Shown here piece by piece: positions 36,725 to 49,372 of a DNA stretch of 64,000 nucleotides. Position 1 is the first letter of the stretch. Each line of letters starts with the position of its first letter. The DNA lies in NCBI RefSeq assembly GCF_001194135.2, contig NC_068987.1, forward strand, positions 61,570,294 through 61,634,293, written 5' to 3'. The notes below the pieces were generated by a model. The model did not search any database and was not told where the DNA came from. It was given only the letters and a program-made list of their open reading frames with translations. Position numbers and translations under genes: made by a program. Source of the DNA: Octopus bimaculoides (taxonomy: Eukaryota).

Positions 36725-39700
36725 AGTATTAACAAAAGTTTTGGTTTATTTATTTTTTTAAAGGAACTACAAGATAGGAAATACAAACTGGAATCTACTC
36801 AGCGTGAATTACGTGCTCATTTGAACTCAGCTGAAGAACAACTACAGCTTGGTAAAATAGAAATTCAAAATCTACGCAAACAAAATGTGTCGATGGATGC
36901 AAAACTTCACGAGCAGGAGAAACTCATCAACCAACAATGTACTCGCATTGCTGTTATGGAACAGGAATTGAAAGACAAGGAACAAGTGTTGGCTAAATCT
37001 TCTGATCTTTTAGGTTCAGAGCAAGACCAAAAGGTAGGAGAACTGTTCTTTAGAAAACAAACAAAAGTAGTGCATGGAAACAGTTAATTGAATTTATTCC
37101 AGGGTATCACAGCTTCCTATTTTTATTGACTCCTCCCCAACTTCCTACCATGTTAATGAAGGATAAAATCAGTAATATCATTAATATAGTTTGTGAAGGC
37201 ACATGGCTCAGTGGTTAGAGCATCGAGCTTACGATCGTGTGGTTGTGAGTTTGATTCCTGGACTGGGCTGCGTGTTGTGTTCTTGAGCAAGACACTTTAT
37301 TTCATGCTGCTCCAGTTCACTCAGCTGTAGAAATGAGTTGCGACGTCACTGGTGCCAAGCTGTATTGGTCTTTGACTTCCCTTGGATAACATCGGTGGCA
37401 TGGAGAGGGGAGGCTGGCATGCATGGGCAACTGCTGGTCTTCCATAAAAACAACCCTAGGTTGTGTGTTCACTGGTGAGGCGACTTTCCGCTCAGACTTG
37501 TACCCCGGAGGGGAACCTCTTAGGTGCACCCATGGTCATTCGTGACTGACAGAGTCGAGTTTCCAGTTAGTTTGTTACATATTGAATAGTTTACATCCAT
37601 TTATCCTTCATTCTATGATCAAAAAGGTTCCAGTCATGACCATCCCATTTGTTTTTTTTTAAATAGGATTATCTTCTTGTTTAAGTAAGTAGGATTTGAT
37701 TTGAAGGAGATTTCATTGTTTGTATTTAGAGGCTTCCTGATTGAATCATAAACACCATTGTAAAACTGATTCATTGGTTTGCAATGTTGAATTTATTCCT
37801 TCTTTTAGAAAAACCAATTTGTAATAGACCAGTATCCTTTTTGGTAGGCATTTCTTTTACATCGAATTAACCTTATGGAGACTGGAGTTGAGCATTAGTT
37901 GTATGGATCCTTCTGATCTAAAAAAAGATTAGCTTTCTTTTTTCTTTTTTTTTTTTGTCCAATTAATAATCTATCTTATGTAATTTCAGAAAAGATATGA
38001 GGAGGAATTTGAATTAAAGCAGCGTGAAATTTCAAAGCTGGAAAATAAAGTCAAAGCAATATCTGTAGAAGTAAAGAAAGGCAATGAGATAATCCGTAAA
38101 CTACAGTCAGAGAACAAGAACTATCATGCCAAAGTAAGTGTCTTTTTTAACTGTAGGAGTCCTGGTTAGTTATTTGTATATGGATTGGGATCCTAGAATT
38201 CTTCTAAGTTTAGAATTCTTTTAAGTTTTTACAACTCATAATGGTTTGTTTTTCTGAACTTTTTGGCTGTTTAAATCTTGAACATCTTAAAGCCAACACT
38301 TTGCAATTTTGCTCCATTGTTACCATTGGGTATAGTTTTTTGTGAAAACATGAAAATGAAGTTATGTGTGAGATCTATGAGGTACATGATAATCTTGATG
38401 ATTTTTAGCTTCTGACTTCCAGACATGTAGCCCTGCTTAGTTGTATAAATAGACTCTTTATTTTGAATATGACACTATACTCTTGTAATGCAAGTAAATA
38501 GAAATAAATAAGAATACTTTGTAAGGTGTTAGGCATGTGCAGAAATGGAATTTATTAATTGTTACACTAAGTACAAATGGATTATGAGTTCAGGCCTAAT
38601 GCAGGTGTTCTAATGTTTTTCTGGGCAGAACACTTTGATTATGTCTTGCAAATAAGTCATCTCTCTCCAAAACTATTGACCATGAACAGTGATTTCAGTT
38701 ATGAAAAATATAATGGCAAGAGTACACTGGTATATAGAATATAATTATCTGAAATTGCAAGGAGTTAAGAGCAAATGAATAAAGACTATGCTGCAGAGTC
38801 GGATTACTGGCAACTTGATCACACTGGCTTGCTTGACTTCATGCTCTTGCTTGATGGGGCTGGGTGGGTCATCCCAGGTTAGTGGTCCTGGAGTCGTCAT
38901 CATGTGTAGAGCTGACCAGGTCCACCAGTGCTTTCTATTCCTGGCAGTCTTGTGTTAGCCTCTCTGCATCCTCTAAAGTGACGTGTAGTCTCTGGAGGTC
39001 TTCCTCAATCATGTCCAGCTATCTGGTTGGGTTGGGGTGGGGGCATCCTCCAAACTTCTTCCAGCCTGCAACTGCTGCATTGAATGAGAGTAAAGCCCTG
39101 GTATTCTAAATACAAATTGTTTACTACACTAGGGCATATGTACTCTAGTTGTAAACTTACCATCATTCTGTGGGACCTACACATAGAAGAGAGCTTGCTA
39201 TGTTCATGTCACAACTACACTCATATTGAGAACCTACCGCCATCCTTACAGCACCTACTCTTACAGCAGGACTTTGTCACAATCTCATGGTACCTGCACA
39301 CACAGTGGGATTTTACAACATCCTGATCAGTATAAAGTCATTTACTGATATGCTCCAGCTTTTTGCTCTCTAGCATACTGTATCTGTCTCTGCTGTTTTT
39401 ACTACTACTATTATGGCTTCTGCTCCTTTTAGCTGTCTGGGCTTATGCCACCTCCTCTCATGCCAGTCTACTCATCTTTCTCCCTCTCATCACCCTTGTG
39501 TGTCCTACTGTCTAGGCTTTGTATTAAGTACTATACCTGGTCCTTCCTTGCCAGAATATCAGCTCCCTGGAACTTTCTCCTTGCTTGTGTCTTCCCTGAA
39601 GTGTTAACTTGCAACTTTTCAAGAGAACCATTAATGGCATCAATCTTAATGGTTTCTTAGAGCCTGCATTGCCTATTCCTCCAGATCCTACCAGTAGAAA

Positions 39701-40128
39701 AAAAAATCATAGGCCGTGATAATAACTACTTACAATAAATACAACCACCAAATCCAGTATATCAAGATTTTTTAACTTCATGTTTTACTGTGTATACCAT
39801 GAAAACACCAATCCAGCATCCTTAGAGGATCTAGTATTGCAGTGAATACATTACATGTAAACTCTGCATGTGTGTGTGTGTTTTCCAGGTGAAACTCAGA
39901 AGCCAGATAGCTTCAGAACAGGAGAAGGTGATTTCCGAAAAAGATGATTTGATAGAGAATATGCAGGTAGAGTTGAAGACATTGAAAGAGAACTCAAGCA
40001 AGAAGGAAGATGAGGTTTGCATTTTTTTATCATTCACTTTATGAAAGCAAGAGATAATTACATGATGTGATTTTATAATTTCAGTATTTATACACTGGGA
40101 AGCATATTTATGATTATGTTATGATAGC

Positions 40129-40162
<34 letters not shown>

Positions 40163-43100
40163 GTTTCTTGGTATAAATGTGAGAAATATAACTCAGTAAC
40201 ATAGTGTATATATATTTATAGCTATGTTCTTTAGAAGGTTGCTTCCTTTCATATTCACTCCCAAATGAAGAGAAAACCCTTTGAATATGTTTTCTCCTGC
40301 ATTGAGAAACATATCTCACTTCTCTCCTCTCCCAAATCATTGTCCTCAATGACTTCAATGCTCACAAATTTTCACAGCCTCTCAAACTTGTCCCTCACTG
40401 ATGCTGCTGCATAGAAACCAAATCTGGTTTAAGTGTCAACGGAAAGTTCTCTGAGGTTACATGGCTGAGAGGTCTTTCAGCCTCTGTGTTTTCCTTCTCT
40501 AAATTGCTTTTTGCCGTAGTATTTACCTAGCACTTATTTTAAAGCTTCTTATCACTAATCTGTGTTGGATTCTATGTTTATCATTTACATGAGAAAATAA
40601 GACCTTATTTCGTTTTTGTATGTGGTTTGCAAGATTCTTTATGTGAATTCGTGTGTTGAAGCATATTTTATTGTCTGGGGAGAGTCATTCTCTTTTAGTG
40701 CCTTATTAATTTAACACACTCACCGGTCTGAGTAAATGAGTGGAAATCAGACCAGTGAGTGTGTTAAATTAATAAGGCACTAAAAGAGAATGACTCTCCC
40801 CAGACACAATAAAATCTTAGTTCTTTACTTCCATCTAGCCGAAGTTTTCTCTGTGAAAGTATCAAGTTCTCTTTACAAAACAGTTTTAGGGACAAAATAA
40901 ATAAAAGACTTTTAAATTGATATTGTTATTGCAAATTTAAATATATTTATATATTTTGTCTAAAACATTTTTTTCTTGTAATTTTTTTCTCATTCAGAAT
41001 GAAAAACTCAAAACCAATTTAGAAAATGTTACGAAAAAGTTAGAAGAATGTAATGAAATGCTGAAAACAAATGAGAATGGTATGTATGACTTGTTTGGCT
41101 ATTCTTCATATCAAAGAGTAATTAGATTTAATTTTAATTTGTTAGAAAATTCATATAATTGTCTGTTCAGTTAGGATATGCAATGACTTAGACATGTAAG
41201 ACATTCAGTAAAGTCGTTGGCATTAGAAAAGGCATCCAACTATCAAAACCAAGCCAAAACAAATGACTGGGGCCTGGTGCAGCTCACCAGTTCTGGCCAA
41301 ACCGTCTAACCCATGTCAGCATGGAAAACACGTTAAATGATGATGATAAATACTAATTTAATGTACATTAATATACATGAGAATACCTGCTCACCTCAGC
41401 TTAATTGTTATTGTTCTCCTTCTAGCTGAAGGGGTTTTTGCTTTGCAAGAGCCTTGTGCTGGTGCCATGTATAAAGCACCACTGCTTCTGTCACCTAAGA
41501 ATTACTCATGCCAGTGCCATGTGCAAAGCACCCATGCTGGGCCAGGTAAAAGGCACTGAGCACACTTTGTAAAGTGGTTGGCATTAGGAGGGGCATTCAG
41601 CCATAGAAACCAAGCTAAAATCAGACTGGAACCTGGTCCAGTTCTCCAGTTTGATAGCTCTGGTCAAACCATCCAACCCATGGAAAACAGACAGTAAACG
41701 GTGATGATGATGATAACATCCATAGGTCTATCAATTTGTTTGTGTGCCAGTTCAACCAACTAACTCTTTAGTGTTGTATACACAACATCTGGTTATGTAT
41801 GTGTGGTGTCATGTATGCCATACATCATTGTATGTACAGCATCTAATGTTGTGTTGGTGTCATTACTGTGTTCATCATCTAATATTATAAGTGCAATATC
41901 TGCTGTTGTATGTTCATCATCTATCATTGTATGTGTATCCTCTGGTGTTGTATATGCATAATCTTTCATTCTGTGTGTATCATATATCATTGTATGTGCA
42001 TCATCTATTGTTGTATGTACCACCTCTGGTGTTGTATGTGCAGTGTCTTTCACTATATGTGCATCATTTATCATTGTGTATGCTTCATCTGTCATTTTAT
42101 AGTCTCTCTGGTGTTGTATGTGTATCATCTAGTATCACATGTGCAGAATCTGGTGTCATACATACATCATTTATTGGTGTATATGTTTATCATCTGGTGT
42201 GGTGTGTGTATCATTTAGTATGGTATGTGCATCATCTGATGTTGTATGCATACTATCTGTCATAGTACATATAACGTCTGGCATTGTATTTTGATCATTT
42301 ATCATTGCATGTGCATCATTCAGTGTTGTGTGTATAGTATCACGTAGTATTGTATGTATGTATAGTATACATCGTCTAGTATTGTATGTATGGTATACAT
42401 GTCTCTGCAGCATGCAGTGTTTGACATTGTGAAATGCTCTGTGTTGGTAAAACATTGCTAAAATCTTCTATTCTAGTGATTCAATGGCTCAACAAGCAAG
42501 TTAATGAAGTCCAGCTCTCTAATAGTGGCCGAACAACAACATTTGAAACTAGTCATAACAGCACCCAATCCACTGCAGGCAGTGGAGTCTTCAGAAATCA
42601 TGTTGCTATGGCTGCAGTAAGTGCTTTTTTTTTATCTTATAATCATTATTATTATTATTTCATTTTTCATTTTTAAATATGCTTCAAATCCCTTGAATTG
42701 GGTTGTCATGGATTTCCTGTCACTCAATATTTTATTGATATTTAAGGGTACAAATTGGTAGAGAGGCCGTAGATGGCAAGATCAAATGTGCATGGATATT
42801 ATAGTGTTTGTAAGGTGGTGAGCTGGTGGAATCATTGGCATACTGGGAAAATGCTTAGCAGCATTTCATCTGTCTTTATGTTCTGAGTTTAAATTCCACC
42901 TAGGTCAACTTTGCCTTTCACCCTTTCGGGGTTGGTAAAATAGGTACCAGTCAAACATGAGGGTTGATGTAATTGGCTTAACCCTTGCTCAGAATGTGCT
43001 GGCCTTGTGCCAAAATTTTGAAACCAGTATCATAGTGGGTTGTAAAGCGAAACATGACTGAAGCAGGTTACCAAAAGTAAGCTTTTTTTATCAAAGGCTT

Positions 43101-43604
43101 CTGTTTTTTTTAGTCAGGTAAACAATTAGGACAGATTTATCTAACAAAAAGAGTCACCCCAAGAACATAGACATTAAATGAAAAATGATCCCAGTGTTCT
43201 ACTGGTAACTATTTACACTATAATATTTATATATTATTAGACAGATTTTTCAAATGCGTGTTAAATGTGTCTGTCTAGGTACTCAGCACGGTACTAGCGA
43301 GGAGTGTCAACCTGTAAATTGACACCCTATAAACCAGCTGCCTCTCTTTGTTATCTTATGAAAAGCTAATGATATTTTATTACTCTCTTTTACTCTTTTA
43401 CTGNNNNNNNNNNNNNNNNNNNNNNNNNNNNNNNNNNNNNNNNNNNNNNNNNNNNNNNNNNNNNNNNNNNNNNNNNNNNNNNNNNNNNNNNNNNNNNNNN
43501 NNNNNNNNNNNNNNNNNNNNNNNNNNNNNNNNNNNNNNNNNNNNNNNNNNNNNNNNNNNNNNNNNNNNNNNNNNNNNNNNNNNNNNNNNNNNNNNNNNNN
43601 NNNN

Positions 43605-43656
<52 letters not shown>

Positions 43657-46311
43657 TACGACGGGCTTCTTTCATTTTCCATCTACCAAATCCACTCACA
43701 AGGCTTTAGTCGACCCGAGACTATCGTAGAAGACACTTGCCCAAGGTGCCATGCAGTGGGACTGAACCCGGAACCATGTGGTTCGTAAGCAAGCTACTTA
43801 CCACACAGCCACTCCTGCGCCTATATCTTTTTTCTATTTCATTATTTCAGCCAGGATTTCTGCCTTCCAATTTGAATCCATCCTCAAGATATCCAACCCA
43901 GGACGTCAACAACATAGCATCTCAAGTACATTTAACCAAAAGCCAAAATATCAGTTTAAAACCTCAGGTATTAAACAGCTTGATATTCTTTCTCTGTAAC
44001 TCATGTTCTGGTTTCTGCTGTTTCCATTGTGGCCATGCTGAGGTACTGCCAACAATAAAATATAATGTGGAATATCTAATCAGTGGTTTGAGGCAGTGAA
44101 TGGGCAGAATTGTTAGTCTGTTGGGTAAAATGCTCAGTGGCATTTTGTCCGTCTTTATGTTCTGAGTTCAAATTCCGCCGAGGTCGACTTTGCCTTTCAT
44201 CCTTTGTGGGCTGATAAAAAACAAGTACCAGTGGAGTATCCACTCCACTGAAGTTACTGGTCTTGTGCCAAAATTTGAAACCAGTGTCACAGTGGGTGTT
44301 ACTTTTCAACCTGGGTCAGCTTTGATTGAGTAAATTTGTTATCTATGACATTCTAGCTGTTATCATATTTTTTTTCAGGTATTCTACCACTTGGGCTACA
44401 TTATTCAGTATCTCCTACTTCTTTTCTCAAGATGGTAGCTAGTGATTTGGGGTGATTTTAGCTGCTATTTCTCCCAGAGACTTCCTTGTTGATTGGATGT
44501 TTGTAACTATTTTCATTCAGTTATTTTGTTTTTGGAATGGATGAGACTGCATGTAAACTTATACATTGCAAGTCATCCTTTCTGTCTTGTATTGTTTGGA
44601 CACCATATTTTCTTTTACTGAAGATGAATTTTTAAATCAAATTTCTAATTAGAATCTAATCAACTCCTGTGTCTGCTCAACATGCCAGTTTAACACTGTG
44701 GGTCAATGTAATTGAATTAGATTGATCCTGCTGATGGTGTAAAACACTTGTGATGGTGCCATGTAAAAGTGCCTGTGTGGTACCTTGTAAAAGCACCTGT
44801 GCAGTGCCACATAAAAGCACCCGTGTGGTGCCATGTAAAAGCACCCAACACAAATGTAAAGTGGTTGGCATTAGGAAGGGCATCCAACTGTAGAAACCAT
44901 GCCAAATCAGACTGGAGTCTGGTGCAGCTCTCTAGCTTGGCAGCTCTGGTCAAACCATCCAACCCATGCCAGCATGGAAAACAGACATTAAATGATGATG
45001 ATGATGACATTCTTTTGTCATGTTCATCGACTTATTGGTCTGGATTCATATCCCTATTTTCTGATTTGTTTATTTTCTATTCTTTGTGAAGCTGCTTCTT
45101 TTTTTCCTTCATGACCATTTTCTGTAATTATTCATGTTGAGTCAAGGTGGTGAGCTGGCAGAATTGTTAGCATGCTAGATAAAACGCTTCGTGATATTTC
45201 GTCTGTTTTCATGTTCTCAGATCAGATTCGGCTGAGGATGACTTTGCCTCTCATCCTTTCAGGGGTCGATAAAATAAGTACCAGTGAAACACTAGGGTTG
45301 ATGTAATTGAATTGTCCTCTCCTACTAAATTTCAGGCCTTGTGTCTTTAGTACAAAGAATTATTATTGCTGAGTCAAGGTAGTTAGCTGGTAGAATTAGT
45401 AGCATGCCAGGCGAAATACTTGGTAATATCTCATCTGTCTTTATGTTTTGAGTTCAAATTCCACTGAGGTTGACTTTGCCTTTCATCCTTTTGGGGTTGA
45501 TGAAATAAGTACCACTTTAACACTGGGGTCAATATAATCGACTTGCATCCAGCCCTAAACTTGCAGGCCTTGTGCCAAGATTTGAAACCATTGTTGTAGA
45601 GTTGCCAGTTCTTTCCAAGTAGATCCTATATCACTCAAACAGGCTAAGCAATTTACAGGACCTGTGATACATCTATGTAATCTAGAATCCTGTTATAGAC
45701 ACACCATCATTCTAAGTGATGGTGGCACCAGCTTCTGATTCGATTGTTACTGAATAACATCAGCATGTTTTCATTGCACCAGCACTAGTGAGGCTGTCTT
45801 GCAGCTCACAAGACTGAGGCTCCCTTTGACTGAGTGGAACTGTAGTTAAATGGGAGGTAGCTTTTTGTTAAATGATGAGAGGTAAATAAATATGAGAAAT
45901 TATTTTTTACTGAATCTCAGATTTGCAACCAAGTGAACCCTGGCAGAATTTGAACTCAGAATGTATAGATGGATGAAATGCCACAAAGGATTTTGCCCTG
46001 CAGGCCAACAATTCTGTCAGCTTGCTGCCTTGCATAATAATAATAATAATAATTATAATGGTTTCAAATTTTGCTACAACGGCAGCAGTTTTGGAGGAGG
46101 GGATGAGTCGATTACATCAATCCCAGTGTTCAACTGGTACTTATGTTATTGACCCCAAAAGTATGAAAGGCAAAGTCGATCTCAGCAGAATTTGAATGCA
46201 GAATGTAGTGATGGGCAAAATACTGCTAAGCATTTCATCCAGCATGCTAACGATTCTGCCAGCTTGTCACATTAATAATAATTATAATAAATAATAATAA
46301 TAATAACAATA

Positions 46312-46355
<44 letters not shown>

Positions 46356-46527
46356 CAATAAATAATAATAATAATAATAATAACAACAATAAATAATAAT
46401 AATAATAATAACAACAATAAATAATAATAATAATAATAATAACAACAATAAATAATAAAAATAATAACAATAAATAATAATAATAATAATAGCAATAAAT
46501 AATAATAATAATAATAACAACAATAAC

Positions 46528-46583
<56 letters not shown>

Positions 46584-48115
46584 GTGGTGGTGGTGGTTAT
46601 GGTGACAATATTGGTAGTTGTTTTAGATAGTGATGCTGATAATGGCTGGTATTTGATGATGACAGTAGAAAAAATAAATAATGGCAGTTGGTGGTGGTGG
46701 NNNNNNNNNNNNNNNNNNNNNNNNNNNNNNNNNNNNNNNNNNNNNNNNNNNNNNNNNNNNNNNNNNNNNNNNNNNNNNNNNNNNNNNNNNNNNNNNNNNN
46801 NNNNNNNNNNNNNNNNNNNNNNNNNNNNNNNNNNNNNNNNNNNNNNNNNNNNNNNNNNNNNNNNNNNNNNNNNNNNNNNNNNNNNTATATATATATATAT
46901 ATATATATATATGCTAATTAATGCATTTCAATGATGCTCCTTGTTTACACATCGCTGTTTCCAAAATTTCATGCCTAAACGTTGGCTTTATATTTACCAT
47001 GTTATTAATTATCTACTTCTCTAAAAACAAACCTGTTCTAATTATTTCCACATATTATTTACATTCAGTTAGCTTAGTTCCTGTGTGTTGAGTGTTTGTT
47101 TATTCATTATTTATTTTCCTGTCTGTTTTATGATCAATAGCTAGTTTAGCTAGTCGAATTTTTTGGGGGTCTTCATATATATATATATATATATCGTAAT
47201 TGAACCATACTCGATGACTGGCACCTGTCTGAGTATGTTCATTGCCAGAGCAGCTGTCTGGCTTCCGTGCTATGGCCTGTAAATAACACCATTTGAGTGG
47301 AATCGTTACCAGCGTCACTTTCTAGCACTTGTGCTGGTGGCACGATAGTAAATCATTCCAGTGAGGTTGTTGCTAGTGCCGCTGGACTAGCTCCCGTGCA
47401 GGTGGCACGTAAAAAAACACCTTTTTGAGCGTGGCCGTTGCCAGTACCGTGTGACTGGCCCTCGTGCCGGTGGCACGTAAAGACACCCACTACACTCTCG
47501 GAGTGGTTGGNNNNNNNNNNGACTGGCCCTCGTGCCGGTGGCACGTAAAGACACCCACTACACTCTCGGAGTGGTTGGCGTTAGGAAGGGCATCCAGCTG
47601 TAGAAACTCTGCCAGATCAGATTGGAGCCTAGTGCAGCCTGCCTACTCACCAGTCCTCAGTCAAATAGTCCAACCCATGCTAGCATGGAAAGCAGACGTT
47701 AAACGATGATGATGATGATGATGATGATGATGATAAATATCTTATAATTCACTCATTGGACTGTGACTGTGCTGAGGTACCATCTCAAACAGTTTAGTTG
47801 AGCAAATTGGCCCCCGGCACTTATTTGTTTTTGTTTTTTTTTTCTCATCTGGTTCTGATTCCCTTAGTCTTTTGTCAAGACACTAAGTTATGTGGATGTA
47901 AATAAAACAAATACTCCTTGTTAAGTGGTGGAATTGAGGATGCATACACAAAGGTCATCATCATCATCGTTTAATGTCTGCCTTCCATACTGGCATGGGT
48001 CGGATGGATACAAGAGGAGCTGGCCAGGCAGGAGCCTGCACCAGACGTCTGTATCTGTTTTGGCAGGGCTTTTACGACTGGATGCTCTTCCTAACACCAA
48101 CCACCCAGCTGAGTG

Positions 48116-48152
<37 letters not shown>

Positions 48153-49325
48153 TTAACAGAAGTAACAGAGTGACTCAAGGTCTGAGAGTTTCATGCATTG
48201 GCATTTATCAAACTAGTCTCAGCTCAAAGGCCTGTAGATTTATTTAGCTGTTGATAAATAAAAAAAAATACACACACATATATGTATATTCTTTTACTTG
48301 TTTCAGTCATTTGACTGTGGCCATGCTGGAGCACTATTAGGCTTACAAAGAATAAGTTCTGGGGTTGATTTGTTTGACTAAAGGCAGTGAACCAGCATGG
48401 CCACAGTCAAATGACTGAAACAAGTATCCTTTCTACTATAGGCACAAGGTCTGAAATTTGGTAGGTGTGGGGCTAGTCGATTACGTTGACCCCAGCTTTT
48501 AACTAATACTCATTCTGTCGACCCCAAAAGGATGACAAGTACAGTTGACTTTGGTGGAATCTGAACACAGAACATAAAGACAGATGAAATGCCTCTAAGT
48601 ATTTTGTCTAACATGCTAACAATTCTGCCATCTCACCACCTTAGCAATGATAATAATAATGATTATGGTTTCAAATTTTGGCACAAGGCCAGCAAGTCTG
48701 GAGAAGTGAGTAGGTTGATTACATTGACCCCAGTGCTCAACTGGTAACTTATTTTATCGCCCCCACAAAAAGATGAAAGGTAGAGTTGATCCTTGCAGCA
48801 TTTGAACTCAGAACATAAATTAAAAGAAATGCTGTGCCACCTTCAATAATAATAATACTAATAATAATCCTATCTATAATAGGCAAAAGGCCTGAAATTT
48901 TGAAGGAAAGGGCTCCAGTGCTTGACTGGTCCTTATTTTATTGACCTTAAAAGGATGAAAGGCAAAGTTATTGAAAAACTTTTACTTGAATTTATGTTGA
49001 TATAAACTAGAAAGTGTTGCTTACATTCAGCTTTAAATGTTCAATCGTTGATCTAGCTTGGTTTCTTTTCTTTAGGTTCAGTATAATGGCATAGCCTCTC
49101 GGAGATTAAATATTGCACAGCCAACCCAAAACAGAGTCATATCACCAATTGCGGAAGATTGTAGACCCCCCTGCCAGCCAGGCGCTCTCATCGAGGAAAG
49201 CTCTCCAATTTTGGCTTCATCAAGAGAACCAGAAAAGTATGTTTGTGAATTATATCATTTCAATTAGAATTTCAGATAATTCTATGTATTTGGAAATATA
49301 TGTATGCATGCATACACACACACAC

Positions 49326-49372
<47 letters not shown>

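Noticed and set aside
36689-36763. Poly-Met N-terminal extension of the exon 9 ORF
   Set aside because: It is the (GAT)n tail of an RTE lying in the intron; the real exon starts at 36764.
37193-37265. tRNA-like sequence with A and B boxes
   Set aside because: No complete cloverleaf; it continues into a SINE body that recurs at 61975-62184.
47453-47578. Exact 58-bp direct repeat either side of a 10-N gap
   Set aside because: Typical unmerged contig overlap, so an assembly artefact.
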